A model generated the notes under the pieces. The model searched no databases. It had not been told where the DNA came from and saw nothing but the letters and a program-made list of their open reading frames with translations. The translations under genes were made by a program, and so were the position numbers. This document shows positions 29,787-38,921 of a stretch of DNA of 64,000 nucleotides, in pieces (position 1 is the first letter of the stretch; the number at the start of each line of letters is the position of its first letter). The stretch is taken from the NCBI GenBank assembly GCA_963762075.1, contig CAVXJC010000006.1, positions 503,943 through 567,942 on the forward strand. Reading direction: 5' to 3'. The DNA is from an uncultured Actinomycetes bacterium. Lineage in GTDB: Bacteria > Actinomycetota > UBA4738 > HRBIN12.

Positions 29787-30060
29787 GTGGCCGTGCACCC
29801 GCCGTCGACCACGGATGACTCGGTCGCTACCTGGAACGACAGCTCCAGTCAGGCGAACCTACGGCACCCACCAGCTTCCGCTTACGGCTGCTTCCTTCCG
29901 GACCTGACCGGGTTCGCGGGCCGATGTCGCGCAGGACCCGACCTTCAACGCTTCGTTCCGAGGGCTGCCCCGGACCTTCCGGGCCTCGGGCGGGGATTCA
30001 GCCCCGCTGAAGCGGATCGCGGGTACAGGGCACCGCTAGCTCCCCGCCTAGCACGGCCAC
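29787..30060 (-). ncRNA. ffs: Signal recognition particle RNA, long (Alu-domain) type
   Basis: Minus strand has domain IV 'ccggtcaggtccggaaggaagcagccg'; 5' 'gccgtgctaggcggggagctagcggtgccctgtacc' resembles Bacillus scRNA; ends gtggccgtgc/gcacggccac pair; TATACT -10 at 30065-30070; upstream of dnaX. Confidence 0.93.
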
Positions 30061-30101
30061 GGGCAGTATACGTGGGGGGTCCGACGTGAGCGGGGGGCAA
30101 C

Positions 30102-30869
30102 GTGGAGATGCCGGTCTTGACCGCAGCAGGCTGGGGGTTGGTCGCAGCCTCGGCCCTGCCGATCGGAGCACTCGCGGCACGCTGGCGCATGTTCACTCTG
30201 CGTACCCTGGGCGCCGTGCTGGCGTTCGGTGCCGGCACGTTGATCTCCGCCGTGACGTTCGAGCTCGTCGACGAGGCGTTCCAGCGATCGGACATCTGGC
30301 CGGTCGTCGTCGGGCTGGGCCTCGGTGCGGTCACCTTCACCGTCGGCGACGCCACAATCGCCCGCTTCGGAGGAAGGCGCCATCGCGGCATGGGCATGAG
30401 CGATGAACCACCCGCTACCGCGGTTCCAGCACACAGCGACGACGGCGGGCTCGCCATCTTGCTCGGCGCGGTGCTCGACGGCATCCCCGAATCGCTCGTG
30501 TTGGGCATCGCACTGGCCACCGGCGACGCGGTGAGCATCACGTTCGTCGTGGCGGTCTTCGTCTCGAACGTGCCGGAATCGTTGGCCTCGACCCGAGGCA
30601 TGCTGACCATGGGCTACCCCTTCCGCCGCGTGCTCGGGCTCTGGCTCTCGGTGACGGCGGCCAGCGCAGGGTTCGCAGCGGTCGGAGCCACGCTCGACGG
30701 CCTCGACCAAGCGGTCGTGGCGGTCGTGGAGTCGTTCGCGGCGGGAGCGCTGCTCGCGTTGATCGCCGACTCGCTCCTTCCAGATGCATACCGCGACTCG
30801 GGGCTTCGTACCGGGCTCTTCGTGGTGCTCGGATTCGCGCTTGCATTCGCGCTCACGGCGCTCGATTGA
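30102..30869 (+). CDS. ZIP family metal transporter
   Basis: AFGAGTLISA, LDGIPES, SNVPES, FAAGALL; multiple TM helices. Confidence 0.88.
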   Translation: MEMPVLTAAGWGLVAASALPIGALAARWRMFTLRTLGAVLAFGAGTLISAVTFELVDEAFQRSDIWPVVVGLGLGAVTFTVGDATIARFGGRRHRGMGMSDEPPATAVPAHSDDGGLAILLGAVLDGIPESLVLGIALATGDAVSITFVVAVFVSNVPESLASTRGMLTMGYPFRRVLGLWLSVTAASAGFAAVGATLDGLDQAVVAVVESFAAGALLALIADSLLPDAYRDSGLRTGLFVVLGFALAFALTALD

Positions 30870-30922
30870 GGCATCCCGTCCTCACGGGTGAGGCAAGATC
30901 GCCGCGGTACCCTGATGCGCCT

Positions 30923-32674
30923 ATGTCCCCCATGACCACCGGCACGCGCAGGCGATCGATGCTGATCACGGTCGTCGTGCTCGTGGCGATCGCCTCAGTC
31001 GCGATCGCGTGGCCGACCTCTGATGGCCCCGACCAAGAGCCACCGCCGCTGGCAGGAGGCACGTCGATCGCGCCACCCGAGTCACCCGGCTCCGACGCTC
31101 CCGAGCCCAACCGCCTTGCCCGCCGGGTGTGCAAAACCATTCCTCGTGACGTGCTCATGCGAACGGTCAACGGCACACACCTTGTGCGCAGCGGCGACCT
31201 GCAGATGATCACGGCGTTCCCCGACTATGTGGCCGCCGGCCTCACCCACGCCACGCCGTTCGACCACACGCAGGAGGTGCCTCTGCTCGTGTACGGCCGC
31301 GGGCTCGTACGTCCGGGTGTCTACGACGAACCGGCCACCCTCAACGATGTCTCCCAAACGGCAGCGTCGCTGCTGGAGTTCGACGGCTTCACCGCCCCCG
31401 ACGGACGCTCCCTCGACGAAGGACTGCTACCAGCCGGCGATCGCGAGCCACCGAAGCTGCTGGTCACGATGATCTGGGATTCAGCCGGCACCGATCTGCT
31501 GGAGCGATGGGACAGGTCGTGGCCGTTCCTGCATCAGCTCGCACGTGAGGGGGCATGGTTCACCAACGCGGAGTTGGACTCGGCGCCGGCCAACACGCCA
31601 CCGAGCCACGCCACGATCGGCACCGGCGCGTATCCGCGGCGTCATGGCATGGTCGACGAGTACATCTGGATCAACGGTTCGCTCCAGAAGCCGAACGCAG
31701 AGGGCCCGATCTTCCTGAAGCTTCCGACCCTCGCCGACGCATACGACCTCGCCATGGGAAACAAGCCGATCGTCGCAGGTGCCGCCAGCCTGTCGGCCCA
31801 CCTCATGATGATGGGGCATGGCAGGGCGTGGCAGGGCGGCGACTACGACATCGCGATCGCCCGCGAGCGCGAGAACGCTGAGACAGGCGGTGACGACACT
31901 GCGAACGCTTGGGGACTCACCGAGAGCATGCGGCCCTATTACCACTTCCCGGAGTGGGCGAACGACCAGTCCATCGACGCCTCGCTCGAGGCAGCCAAAG
32001 CCGAACTCGACCAACGCGACGGCAGTCTCGACGGTCTGTGGCGCGGCTACTCGATCGAACAGATGGCCGGTGGATTCAACACGCCCGCGCGGTCGCCGTA
32101 TCAAACGACCCTGTTCGAGGAGCTCGTGAAGCGCGAAGGGTTCGGCGACGATGACGTGCCCGACCTGCTCTACCTGAACTACAAGATCATCGACTCGCTG
32201 GGGCACCAGTTCTCGGCCGACGGCGAAGAGATGGCCGACGCGATCGAGATCCAGGACGACGAGCTGCGGCGGTTCGTGCGATTCCTCAACGACGAGGTCG
32301 GTCGCGGCGAGTGGGCGATGATCCTCACGGCCGACCATGGCATGCAACGCGACCCTGCCGTCACCGGCGCGTTCCTGATCGACATCGACCGTTTGAGCGC
32401 TGCCGTCGAGGCCGCGTTCGGCGGAACCGAGGGGCGCCCCGTGATCGTCAAGGCTCGGCCGACCCAGATGTGGCTCGACACGAAGCTGCTCGAGCGCGCC
32501 GGATACACGGTGGAACAGGTCGCCGAGTTCATCCAGGGCCTGACACAGACTGACGTGGCGGGCGCCTCCGGCACCCAGCCCGGCGAGGCCGGCGACCGAG
32601 TGTTCCAGGCGGTCTTTCCCACATCGACGATCGAGCAGCTGCCCTGCCTGCCCGAAGCGATGCGCACCGCCTGA
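30923..32674 (+). CDS. Membrane-anchored alkaline-phosphatase-superfamily enzyme (PafA-like), circularly permuted
   Basis: PKLLVTMIWD, ANTPPSHATIGTG (Thr nucleophile), IDSLGH, TADHG; normally C-terminal RSGD...TH...VPL block is N-terminal. Confidence 0.85.
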   Translation: MSPMTTGTRRRSMLITVVVLVAIASVAIAWPTSDGPDQEPPPLAGGTSIAPPESPGSDAPEPNRLARRVCKTIPRDVLMRTVNGTHLVRSGDLQMITAFPDYVAAGLTHATPFDHTQEVPLLVYGRGLVRPGVYDEPATLNDVSQTAASLLEFDGFTAPDGRSLDEGLLPAGDREPPKLLVTMIWDSAGTDLLERWDRSWPFLHQLAREGAWFTNAELDSAPANTPPSHATIGTGAYPRRHGMVDEYIWINGSLQKPNAEGPIFLKLPTLADAYDLAMGNKPIVAGAASLSAHLMMMGHGRAWQGGDYDIAIARERENAETGGDDTANAWGLTESMRPYYHFPEWANDQSIDASLEAAKAELDQRDGSLDGLWRGYSIEQMAGGFNTPARSPYQTTLFEELVKREGFGDDDVPDLLYLNYKIIDSLGHQFSADGEEMADAIEIQDDELRRFVRFLNDEVGRGEWAMILTADHGMQRDPAVTGAFLIDIDRLSAAVEAAFGGTEGRPVIVKARPTQMWLDTKLLERAGYTVEQVAEFIQGLTQTDVAGASGTQPGEAGDRVFQAVFPTSTIEQLPCLPEAMRTA

Positions 32675-32761
32675 GCGGGAACCGATCTGCGGTGACGAGG
32701 CGTCGAAGACGGGTCTCTGCCGCCGGGCCCACGCGGCCCATGCGCTTGCACGGAGGTCACG

Positions 32762-33220
32762 ATGTCAACCGCCGCTCGCACACGCTCAACCTTGCTCGCC
32801 GTGATCGCCGTGCTCGTTGTGCTCGCCGTCGGCACCGCGATCGCGGTATCGAGCGGCCCCGACACCGCCGTCAGTTCCGGTCCGATCACGCGCGAGGAAC
32901 CCCCGATCGACGGCGGTCCCACGATCGTGCAGCCGAGACCCGGCATGGCAGACGTGTACGCGCGGCGGTTCGACTCGGCGAGGGCCAACGACGACGGCAC
33001 AGCTGTCACCGTCGACTTCGTGAGCGGCGTGGAACCCTGCAACGTGCTCGACCACGTCGACGTTCATCACGGCACCGATGCGGTGACGATCACGTTGTTC
33101 GAGGGCCACGACCCGAACGCTGGCGACGTTGCCTGCATCGAGATCGGGGTCTTCAAGCAGGTGGTCGTACAGCTCGACGAGCCGCTCGGCGATCGCGCGA
33201 TCATCGACGGCGCCGCCTGA
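32762..33220 (+). CDS. Hypothetical secreted or membrane-anchored protein
   Basis: GGAGG SD; N-terminal hydrophobic segment; 'VEPC...ACIEIG...LDEPLGDR'. Confidence 0.7.
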   Translation: MSTAARTRSTLLAVIAVLVVLAVGTAIAVSSGPDTAVSSGPITREEPPIDGGPTIVQPRPGMADVYARRFDSARANDDGTAVTVDFVSGVEPCNVLDHVDVHHGTDAVTITLFEGHDPNAGDVACIEIGVFKQVVVQLDEPLGDRAIIDGAA

Positions 33221-33224
33221 GCCT

Positions 33225-33986
33225 CTAGGACTGGCGCGTCCAGACCTCCCAGTCGGATACTCGTTCGAAGCCCAGCCGTCCGTACATCGACGCGGCCTCG
33301 TCGCTCGGATGAAGCCACGCGAGATCGGCGCCGGGGAACGCCCTCGCGGCGTGCACCGTGAGGGCTGAGCCAAGACCCTGTCGGCGGGCTCGCGGCACGA
33401 CCCCGACTCCCATGACCCCGATCGCCGCGCCGTCGAGGTAGGCGGCGGAGATGCCGACCGCCTCGGCACCACGCCACGCAACGAACATGCGCGCGTGGGA
33501 CAGCCCGGCGGCCGCGCTCGCGCCGTAGAACGCTCTGCCGATCGCCGGATCGTCTCCGAAGGCGTGCACACCGACCTGCACGAGCGCCTCGGCATCGCCG
33601 GAACCGTCGACCTCTCGGATCTCGACGCCTTCGGGTCCGGATGCATCGGACAGCTCACGCGGGTCGATCGTCATGCCTGGACGCTCGATGATCCGCGTGA
33701 GCCCCATCGATCGCACGGCCTCGTCGACGTTCCGATGTCGGCCCATCTGCAGATCGATGCCGAACTGCAGATCACGACGGTCGAACTCCGCCTCGGCCAC
33801 GCGAAGGGCTACTGCGGCATCGCGGGGCTCCCGCTCGACCACGACCGAGCTCAGCGCCGGGTCGGCGAGGTTCGACAACGCGAGCACGAGCCCGTCGATC
33901 TCGAGCACTTCCGCGCCGACGACGTTGACACGCCTTGCCCGTTCCGCCGCGACGACTCCGAGCGCGAGTCGTTCGGCTGCGTCCAT
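33225..33986 (-). CDS. GNAT family N-acetyltransferase
   Basis: VVPRARRQGLGSAL; MYGRLGF. Confidence 0.85.
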   Translation of the reverse strand: MDAAERLALGVVAAERARRVNVVGAEVLEIDGLVLALSNLADPALSSVVVEREPRDAAVALRVAEAEFDRRDLQFGIDLQMGRHRNVDEAVRSMGLTRIIERPGMTIDPRELSDASGPEGVEIREVDGSGDAEALVQVGVHAFGDDPAIGRAFYGASAAAGLSHARMFVAWRGAEAVGISAAYLDGAAIGVMGVGVVPRARRQGLGSALTVHAARAFPGADLAWLHPSDEAASMYGRLGFERVSDWEVWTRQS

Positions 33987-34039
33987 CGCCCGAGTCTGCC
34001 AGGCGCCACGGCCGGCATCCGCCCGGTTAGGCTCGAACC

Positions 34040-34738
34040 ATGAAGGTCACGTCGGTGCTCGTCGACTTCGACGGCACCGCCTGTCTCCACGATGTCGCTG
34101 AGCACCTTCTCGAACGGTTCGCGTCCGGCGACTGGGAACGCCTCGACGAGGCATGGGAACGAGGAGCGCTCGGATCCCAAGAAACGGTCGCCGCACAGAG
34201 CGCGATGCTCGATGCGGATCGAGCCACGCTCCTGGCGCATGCCACGACTCACTGCGTCATGGATCCGACGTTCGCGCCGTTCGTCACCTGGGCGCACGGT
34301 AAGGGCATCGAGGTCGCGCTCGCCTCGGACGGGTTCGGCTTCTACATCGAGCCGTTGCTCGTCGCAGCCGGCGTCCCGCCGATCCCGGTCGTCACCAACG
34401 CGCAAGGGTGGGACGAAGACGACCGACCGGGCGGACTCGCCTTCCCCAACGGCCACCCCGAATGTCTCGGATGCGGCACATGCAAGATGCAGGCCGTGCT
34501 CGATCGGCAGAAGCGGGGCGCGGTCGCGTTCGTCGGCGAGGGCTCGAGCGATCGTTATGGGGCGCTCTACGCCGACGTGACCTTCGCCAAGCTCGATCTC
34601 ATCGCGCATTGCGAGCGCGACGGCGTGCGATTCGTCGCATGGAACGACTTCGACGACATCCGGCGATGGATCGAGAGTCCGTCGCCACTGCCGGGTGCGA
34701 TCTCCCCCGCCAGATGCCCCGGATGGACCGTAGCCTGA
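34040..34738 (+). CDS. MtnX-like HAD-IB phosphatase
   Basis: VDFDGT, SDGFGFYI, CGTCK, VGEGSSD. Confidence 0.85.
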   Translation: MKVTSVLVDFDGTACLHDVAEHLLERFASGDWERLDEAWERGALGSQETVAAQSAMLDADRATLLAHATTHCVMDPTFAPFVTWAHGKGIEVALASDGFGFYIEPLLVAAGVPPIPVVTNAQGWDEDDRPGGLAFPNGHPECLGCGTCKMQAVLDRQKRGAVAFVGEGSSDRYGALYADVTFAKLDLIAHCERDGVRFVAWNDFDDIRRWIESPSPLPGAISPARCPGWTVA

Positions 34739-34745
34739 CAAAGAG

Positions 34746-35666
34746 ATGCGACCTATCGACCTGCCCGAGGCTTATGAGGCGCGCCCGGCGGCGCGAGACG
34801 ACCTCGAAGGCGTCTTCACGCTCGTGGCCGAGTGCGAGCGTCACGACGACGGTGCGGCCGAGATCGCCCTGAGCGACATCGCCGCAGACTGGAACCGGCC
34901 GGATTTCGACCTCGAGACCATGTCGATCACGGTCTGGCGTGGCGACGAGCTCGCGGCGGCAGGCGACGTCTTCATGGGACGCGCGGAGATCGACGTTGCC
35001 CCCGCGCATCGAGGCCGGGGGCTCGGTGCCGCACTGCTCCCCTGGACATGGGCCGTGGCGAGAGCCGACGGCCGCGACACCGTCGGGCAGACCGTGTCGG
35101 ACAACCGCGCCGACGCCGAAGCGCTGTTCCGATCGTACGGCTACGAGGCCTCGCACACTGCCTGGGTGCTCCGCATCGACCTCGACGCCGAGCCGCCCGC
35201 CGAGCCGCCGCTTCCCCCCGGGCTCGCGTTCCGGGACCTGCGACCGGGTGATGACGACCATGCCGTGTTCGACGTGATCGACACTGCCTTCGATGAATGG
35301 AAAGACCGCGAATCGCACGGCTTCGACAATTGGGCACCGGCTTTCCTGCACCGGGACGAGGTCGTGCCCGAGCTCGTGCCACTCGTGGTCGACGGAGACC
35401 GCATCGTGGGCGTCGCGCTCAACCTCCATTACGGCCTCGACGATGATGTGGAAGGTTGGATCCAGCAGCTCGCCGTCGACAAGGCGTACCGAGGTCGAGG
35501 TCTCGGTCGAGCGCTGTTGCAGGAAAGCTTCCGGCGCTTCCACAGGGTCGGATATCGACGGTGCGGTCTCTCGACCGACTCGCGTACAGGAGCACTCAGC
35601 CTCTACGAGCACGTCGGCATGCATGTACGGTCGAGCTTCACCAGGTATACGAGGCATCTCGCCTGA
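34746..35666 (+). CDS. Tandem-GNAT acetyltransferase
   Basis: Two acetyl-CoA motifs: VAPAHRGRGLG and VDKAYRGRGLG. Confidence 0.85.
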   Translation: MRPIDLPEAYEARPAARDDLEGVFTLVAECERHDDGAAEIALSDIAADWNRPDFDLETMSITVWRGDELAAAGDVFMGRAEIDVAPAHRGRGLGAALLPWTWAVARADGRDTVGQTVSDNRADAEALFRSYGYEASHTAWVLRIDLDAEPPAEPPLPPGLAFRDLRPGDDDHAVFDVIDTAFDEWKDRESHGFDNWAPAFLHRDEVVPELVPLVVDGDRIVGVALNLHYGLDDDVEGWIQQLAVDKAYRGRGLGRALLQESFRRFHRVGYRRCGLSTDSRTGALSLYEHVGMHVRSSFTRYTRHLA

Positions 35667-35679
35667 GTTCCACGATCGG

Positions 35680-35766
35680 CGGTGGCCGAGGGATTCGAAC
35701 CCTCGAGGGAGTTGCCCCCCTACACGCTTTCCAGGCGTGTCCCTTCGGCCGCTCGGGCAGGCCACC
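35680..35766 (-). tRNA. tRNA-Ser(GGA)
   Basis: Acceptor GGTGGCC/GGCCACC, anticodon loop ctGGAaa, long variable arm, GTTCGAATC T-loop; CCA not encoded. Confidence 0.95.
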
Positions 35767-35983
35767 GGAGCGAGTCTAGCGAGCGGCCCCAGTGCCCACC
35801 GCGCCCGCCGTGCCTCGGCGCGGACCACGAGGACCTCATCGATCCGTTCCTTCGGGATCGCGAGCGCGAGCCAACCGTGCCGTCCGCATTCCGCTGCGTT
35901 CATCGGTGGCCGCCTCCCCTCACTCCCTCGTTACGCGCCTGCGCTTGTGTCTGGACAGACGCGCAACGAGGGCGAGAGCCTTG

Positions 35984-36073
35984 CGGAGGCGACAGGATTC
36001 GAACCTGTGAGGGGTGGATTAGACCCCTAACCGCTTTCGAGGCGGTCCCGTTCGTCCGCTCCGGCACGCCTCC
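35984..36073 (-). tRNA. tRNA-Ser(CGA)
   Basis: Acceptor GGAGGCG/CGCCTCC, anticodon loop ctCGAaa, long variable arm, T-loop. Confidence 0.95.
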
Positions 36074-36176
36074 GTCGGCGAGTCTAGCAACGCGCGGCTC
36101 ACCGTTCCGTGGCATCATCGGCCGATGCAAGGTCGCCGGGACCAGCTCCCGGCCAACCTCGACCAGGAGGTGCCAC

Positions 36177-36590
36177 GTGGACGCCAAGAAGCTCGGATCC
36201 GTACCCCTGTTCGCGGGACTTTCGAAGAAAGAGCGCCAACAGGTGGCCCAGCATGCCGACATCGTCGACCTCCCGGCGCGCTATCACCTCTGCGACCAGG
36301 GGGCGTTCGCGCACGAGTTCTTCGTGCTGCTCGATGGAAGCGTCGAGGTCACCCAGGACGGTCGTCACCTCACCGACCTCTCGGCCGGCGACTTCTTCGG
36401 GGAAGTCGCGCTCGTCGCGCACGACCGGCGCACCGCGAGCGTGGTGGCTACGACGCCGATCACCGCGATCGTGATGCATCAGCGTGACTTCGACACGATG
36501 CAGCGCGCGATCCCACACGTGGCCGAGAAGATCCATGAAGCGGTGCGCGCCAGGTCGCCGCACCAGGCCGGCGATCCGTCGGAGGACTAG
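36177..36590 (+). CDS. Stand-alone cyclic nucleotide-binding domain protein
   Basis: VPLFAGL; phosphate-binding cassette GDFFGEVAL...RRTASV; AGGAGG SD before GTG. Confidence 0.9.
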   Translation: MDAKKLGSVPLFAGLSKKERQQVAQHADIVDLPARYHLCDQGAFAHEFFVLLDGSVEVTQDGRHLTDLSAGDFFGEVALVAHDRRTASVVATTPITAIVMHQRDFDTMQRAIPHVAEKIHEAVRARSPHQAGDPSED

Positions 36591-37066
36591 GGCCGAGCGG
36601 ATCCACGTCGGCCGCGGAAGAACTCCCGCACCACCTCGCCGCATTCCTTGGCAAGCACGCCGGAGGTCAGCTCGACGTGATGGTTCAGTCGGGCATCGCG
36701 CACGAGATCGCCGAGCGAGCCGGCGAACCCCGCTTTCGGGTCCGTTGCGCCGAACACGACCCGCTGCACCCGCGCCAGCACGATCGCTCCGGCGCACATG
36801 GCGCATGGTTCGAGCGTGACGACGAGCGTGCACCCGTCGAGTCGCCAGGAACCTGTGCGGCGCGCGGCTTCCCGCAGCACGAGCACCTCGGCGTGCGCGG
36901 TCGGATCCTGGAGCCTTTCCCGGCCGTTGCCGGCGGCTGCGAGCACATCCCCATCTCGCGCGATCACGGCGCCCACGGGCACATCGCCGGTCGCCACGCA
37001 GGACCGCGCTTCTTCGAGCGCGAGATACATGAGCGTCTCGTCGCTCTGCTGACTAGTCCGATCCAT
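36587..37066 (-). CDS. tadA: tRNA adenosine(34) deaminase
   Basis: DVPVGAV, DPTAHAE, TLEPCAMC, DPKAG. Confidence 0.93.
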   Translation of the reverse strand: MDRTSQQSDETLMYLALEEARSCVATGDVPVGAVIARDGDVLAAAGNGRERLQDPTAHAEVLVLREAARRTGSWRLDGCTLVVTLEPCAMCAGAIVLARVQRVVFGATDPKAGFAGSLGDLVRDARLNHHVELTSGVLAKECGEVVREFFRGRRGSARP

Positions 37067-37067
37067 A

Positions 37068-37424
37068 CTAGTAACGATCGATCTCGTGGAGCCGCTCGTC
37101 ATCGATGCCGAAATGGTGCGCGATCTCGTGAACGACCGTCTCGGCGATCACGCGCTTCAGCGCAAGGTCGCCCGGGCCGGCTTCCCTGGCGATCGGCACG
37201 GCGAAGAGCGTGATGCGATCGGGCAACACGCCTGCGTAGTCGCTGCCGCGCTCGGTGAGCGGGATACCCTCGTACAACCCGAGGGTACCGGGGTCGACGT
37301 CGTCGGGCGGGAAGTCGTCGACCAGCACCTCCACGTTGTCGAGCGCCCCGTGGACCCACTCCGGCAGGGCATCGAGAGCTTCGGCGACGAGCGCCATGAG
37401 TCGCTCCTGCGCGCCCGTCGGCAT
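37068..37424 (-). CDS. Zincin-like metallopeptidase (DUF1025 type)
   Basis: LGLYEGIPL, PDRITLF, HEIAHHFG. Confidence 0.88.
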   Translation of the reverse strand: MPTGAQERLMALVAEALDALPEWVHGALDNVEVLVDDFPPDDVDPGTLGLYEGIPLTERGSDYAGVLPDRITLFAVPIAREAGPGDLALKRVIAETVVHEIAHHFGIDDERLHEIDRY

Positions 37425-37442
37425 GGTGGGTAGCCTACGCGT
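37425..37442. promoter_or_regulatory. Overlapping bidirectional -10 elements for two leaderless genes
   Basis: TAGCCT (+, 37431-36) 6 nt before pncB ATG; TAGGCT (-, 37437-32) 7 nt before zincin ATG. Confidence 0.65.
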
Positions 37443-38792
37443 ATGCCGGGGGGCCTCCTCACCGATCTGTACGAGCTGAACATGGCGGCCAGCTACCTGC
37501 GTCGCGACATGAACCACGCCGCGACGTTCAGCCTCTACGTGCGAGGTCTGCCGAAAGCGCGGGGCTTCTTGGTCGCGGCCGGACTCGAAGCGTGCATCGA
37601 GTTCCTGGAGTCGTTCTCCTTCACCGATGCCGAGCTCGAGGTGCTCGGTTCGATGGGCTTCGACGACCGCGCGCTCGCCGACTTCTCGACGCTGCGCTTC
37701 GAGGGCGAAGTCTGGGCCGTTCCAGAGGGACGCATCGTGCATTCCGAGGAGCCGTTGCTCGAGCTCACGGCTCCGGTCGCCGTGGCGCAGGTGATCGAGA
37801 CCGTGCTGCTGAATCAGATCACGCTGCACACGACGCTCGCATCGAAGGCGGCACGATACGTGACCGCGGCTGAGGGGCGCCGACTCGTCGACTTCGCCTT
37901 CCGACGAACCCACGGTGTGGAAGCCGCGATGGCCGTCGCGAGGTCGAGCGCGCTCGTCGGGTTCGTGGCGACGTCGAACGTCGAGGCGGCCCGCCGGTAC
38001 GGCTTGGCGGTCGCCGGCACCATGGCGCACTCGTTCATCGAGGCGTTCCCGACCGAGGGCGACGCGTTCCGCGCGTTCGCGGAGGATCACCCGAGCCGGA
38101 CGACCTTCCTGGTCGACACGTACGACACGCTCGACGGCGTGCGTGCTGCGATCGGCACGATCGACGACCTGGGGCTCGACGGTGACCTCGGGGTGCGACT
38201 CGACAGCGGCGACCTCGACGCGCTGGCCAGGGGTGCCCGCGCCCTGCTCGACGACGCCGGGCTCCCGCATGCACGCATCTTCGCGAGCGGCGGACTCGAC
38301 GAGCTTGAGGTGCATGAGCTGGTGCAGGCGGGCGCGCCCGTCGATGCCTTCGGTATCGGCACGCAGATGGGTGTCTCGGCCGACGCCCCGTACATCGACT
38401 CCGTGTACAAGCTCGTGGAGTTCGACGGGCGCCCGGTGATGAAGCTCTCGTCGGCGAAGGTGAACCCACCGGGCCGTAAGCAGATCTGGCGCCGCCATGA
38501 TGGCGAGCACGCCGACGTGCTCGCGTTGCGGGATGAGCATCGGCCCTCCGGTGCGACGCCGCTCCTGGAGCCGGTGATGCGAGATGGCCGACGGCTCGCG
38601 CCGGCAACGCCACCGGATGCCACACTCGACGCGGCGCGCGCATACTTCGAGGCCGACCTCACCCGCGTGCCACAGAAGGCGCGGCGCCTCACCCACCCCG
38701 AGCATCTGATCGTGCCGCACAGCCCGGCGTTGCGCGCGCTGACCGAGCGCACCCGCGACGAGGCCGAGGCACGATCGGGCGTGGCGAGATGA
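37443..38792 (+). CDS. pncB: Nicotinate phosphoribosyltransferase
   Basis: LTDLYEL, FAFRR, GTMAHS, LVDTYD, VRLDSGD, YKLVE. Confidence 0.93.
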   Translation: MPGGLLTDLYELNMAASYLRRDMNHAATFSLYVRGLPKARGFLVAAGLEACIEFLESFSFTDAELEVLGSMGFDDRALADFSTLRFEGEVWAVPEGRIVHSEEPLLELTAPVAVAQVIETVLLNQITLHTTLASKAARYVTAAEGRRLVDFAFRRTHGVEAAMAVARSSALVGFVATSNVEAARRYGLAVAGTMAHSFIEAFPTEGDAFRAFAEDHPSRTTFLVDTYDTLDGVRAAIGTIDDLGLDGDLGVRLDSGDLDALARGARALLDDAGLPHARIFASGGLDELEVHELVQAGAPVDAFGIGTQMGVSADAPYIDSVYKLVEFDGRPVMKLSSAKVNPPGRKQIWRRHDGEHADVLALRDEHRPSGATPLLEPVMRDGRRLAPATPPDATLDAARAYFEADLTRVPQKARRLTHPEHLIVPHSPALRALTERTRDEAEARSGVAR

Positions 38793-38921
38793 GCCGCGCG
38801 ATCGGCGAGCGTGCGCACGGCGTCGACTCGCTCCGCGCAGCCGTCGCGGTTGTGCATCGGCCGCCGCACCCGTAGGGTGCGACGAAGACCCGAACCGACC
38901 CCCCTGGGGAGGGCTCTCGAC

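Noticed and set aside
35767-35903. Minus-strand ATG with a GGAGG SD between the two tRNA-Ser genes
   Set aside because: The frame runs through the tRNA and antisense to two genes; no recognisable protein
35680-36073. Long-variable-arm tRNAs as possible tRNA-Sec or suppressors
   Set aside because: Anticodons read GGA and CGA (GCT at 52573), all ordinary Ser, with 7-bp acceptor stems
36177-36590. cNMP-binding protein as the effector of the cyclase at 888-4517 (Pycsar-like defence)
   Set aside because: More than 30 kb apart, no TIR or TM effector domain, and both families are common
37443-38792. pncB as a supplier for the LarA-like protein's nickel-pincer cofactor
   Set aside because: Housekeeping NAD salvage gene, unlinked, and no larBCE genes in the window
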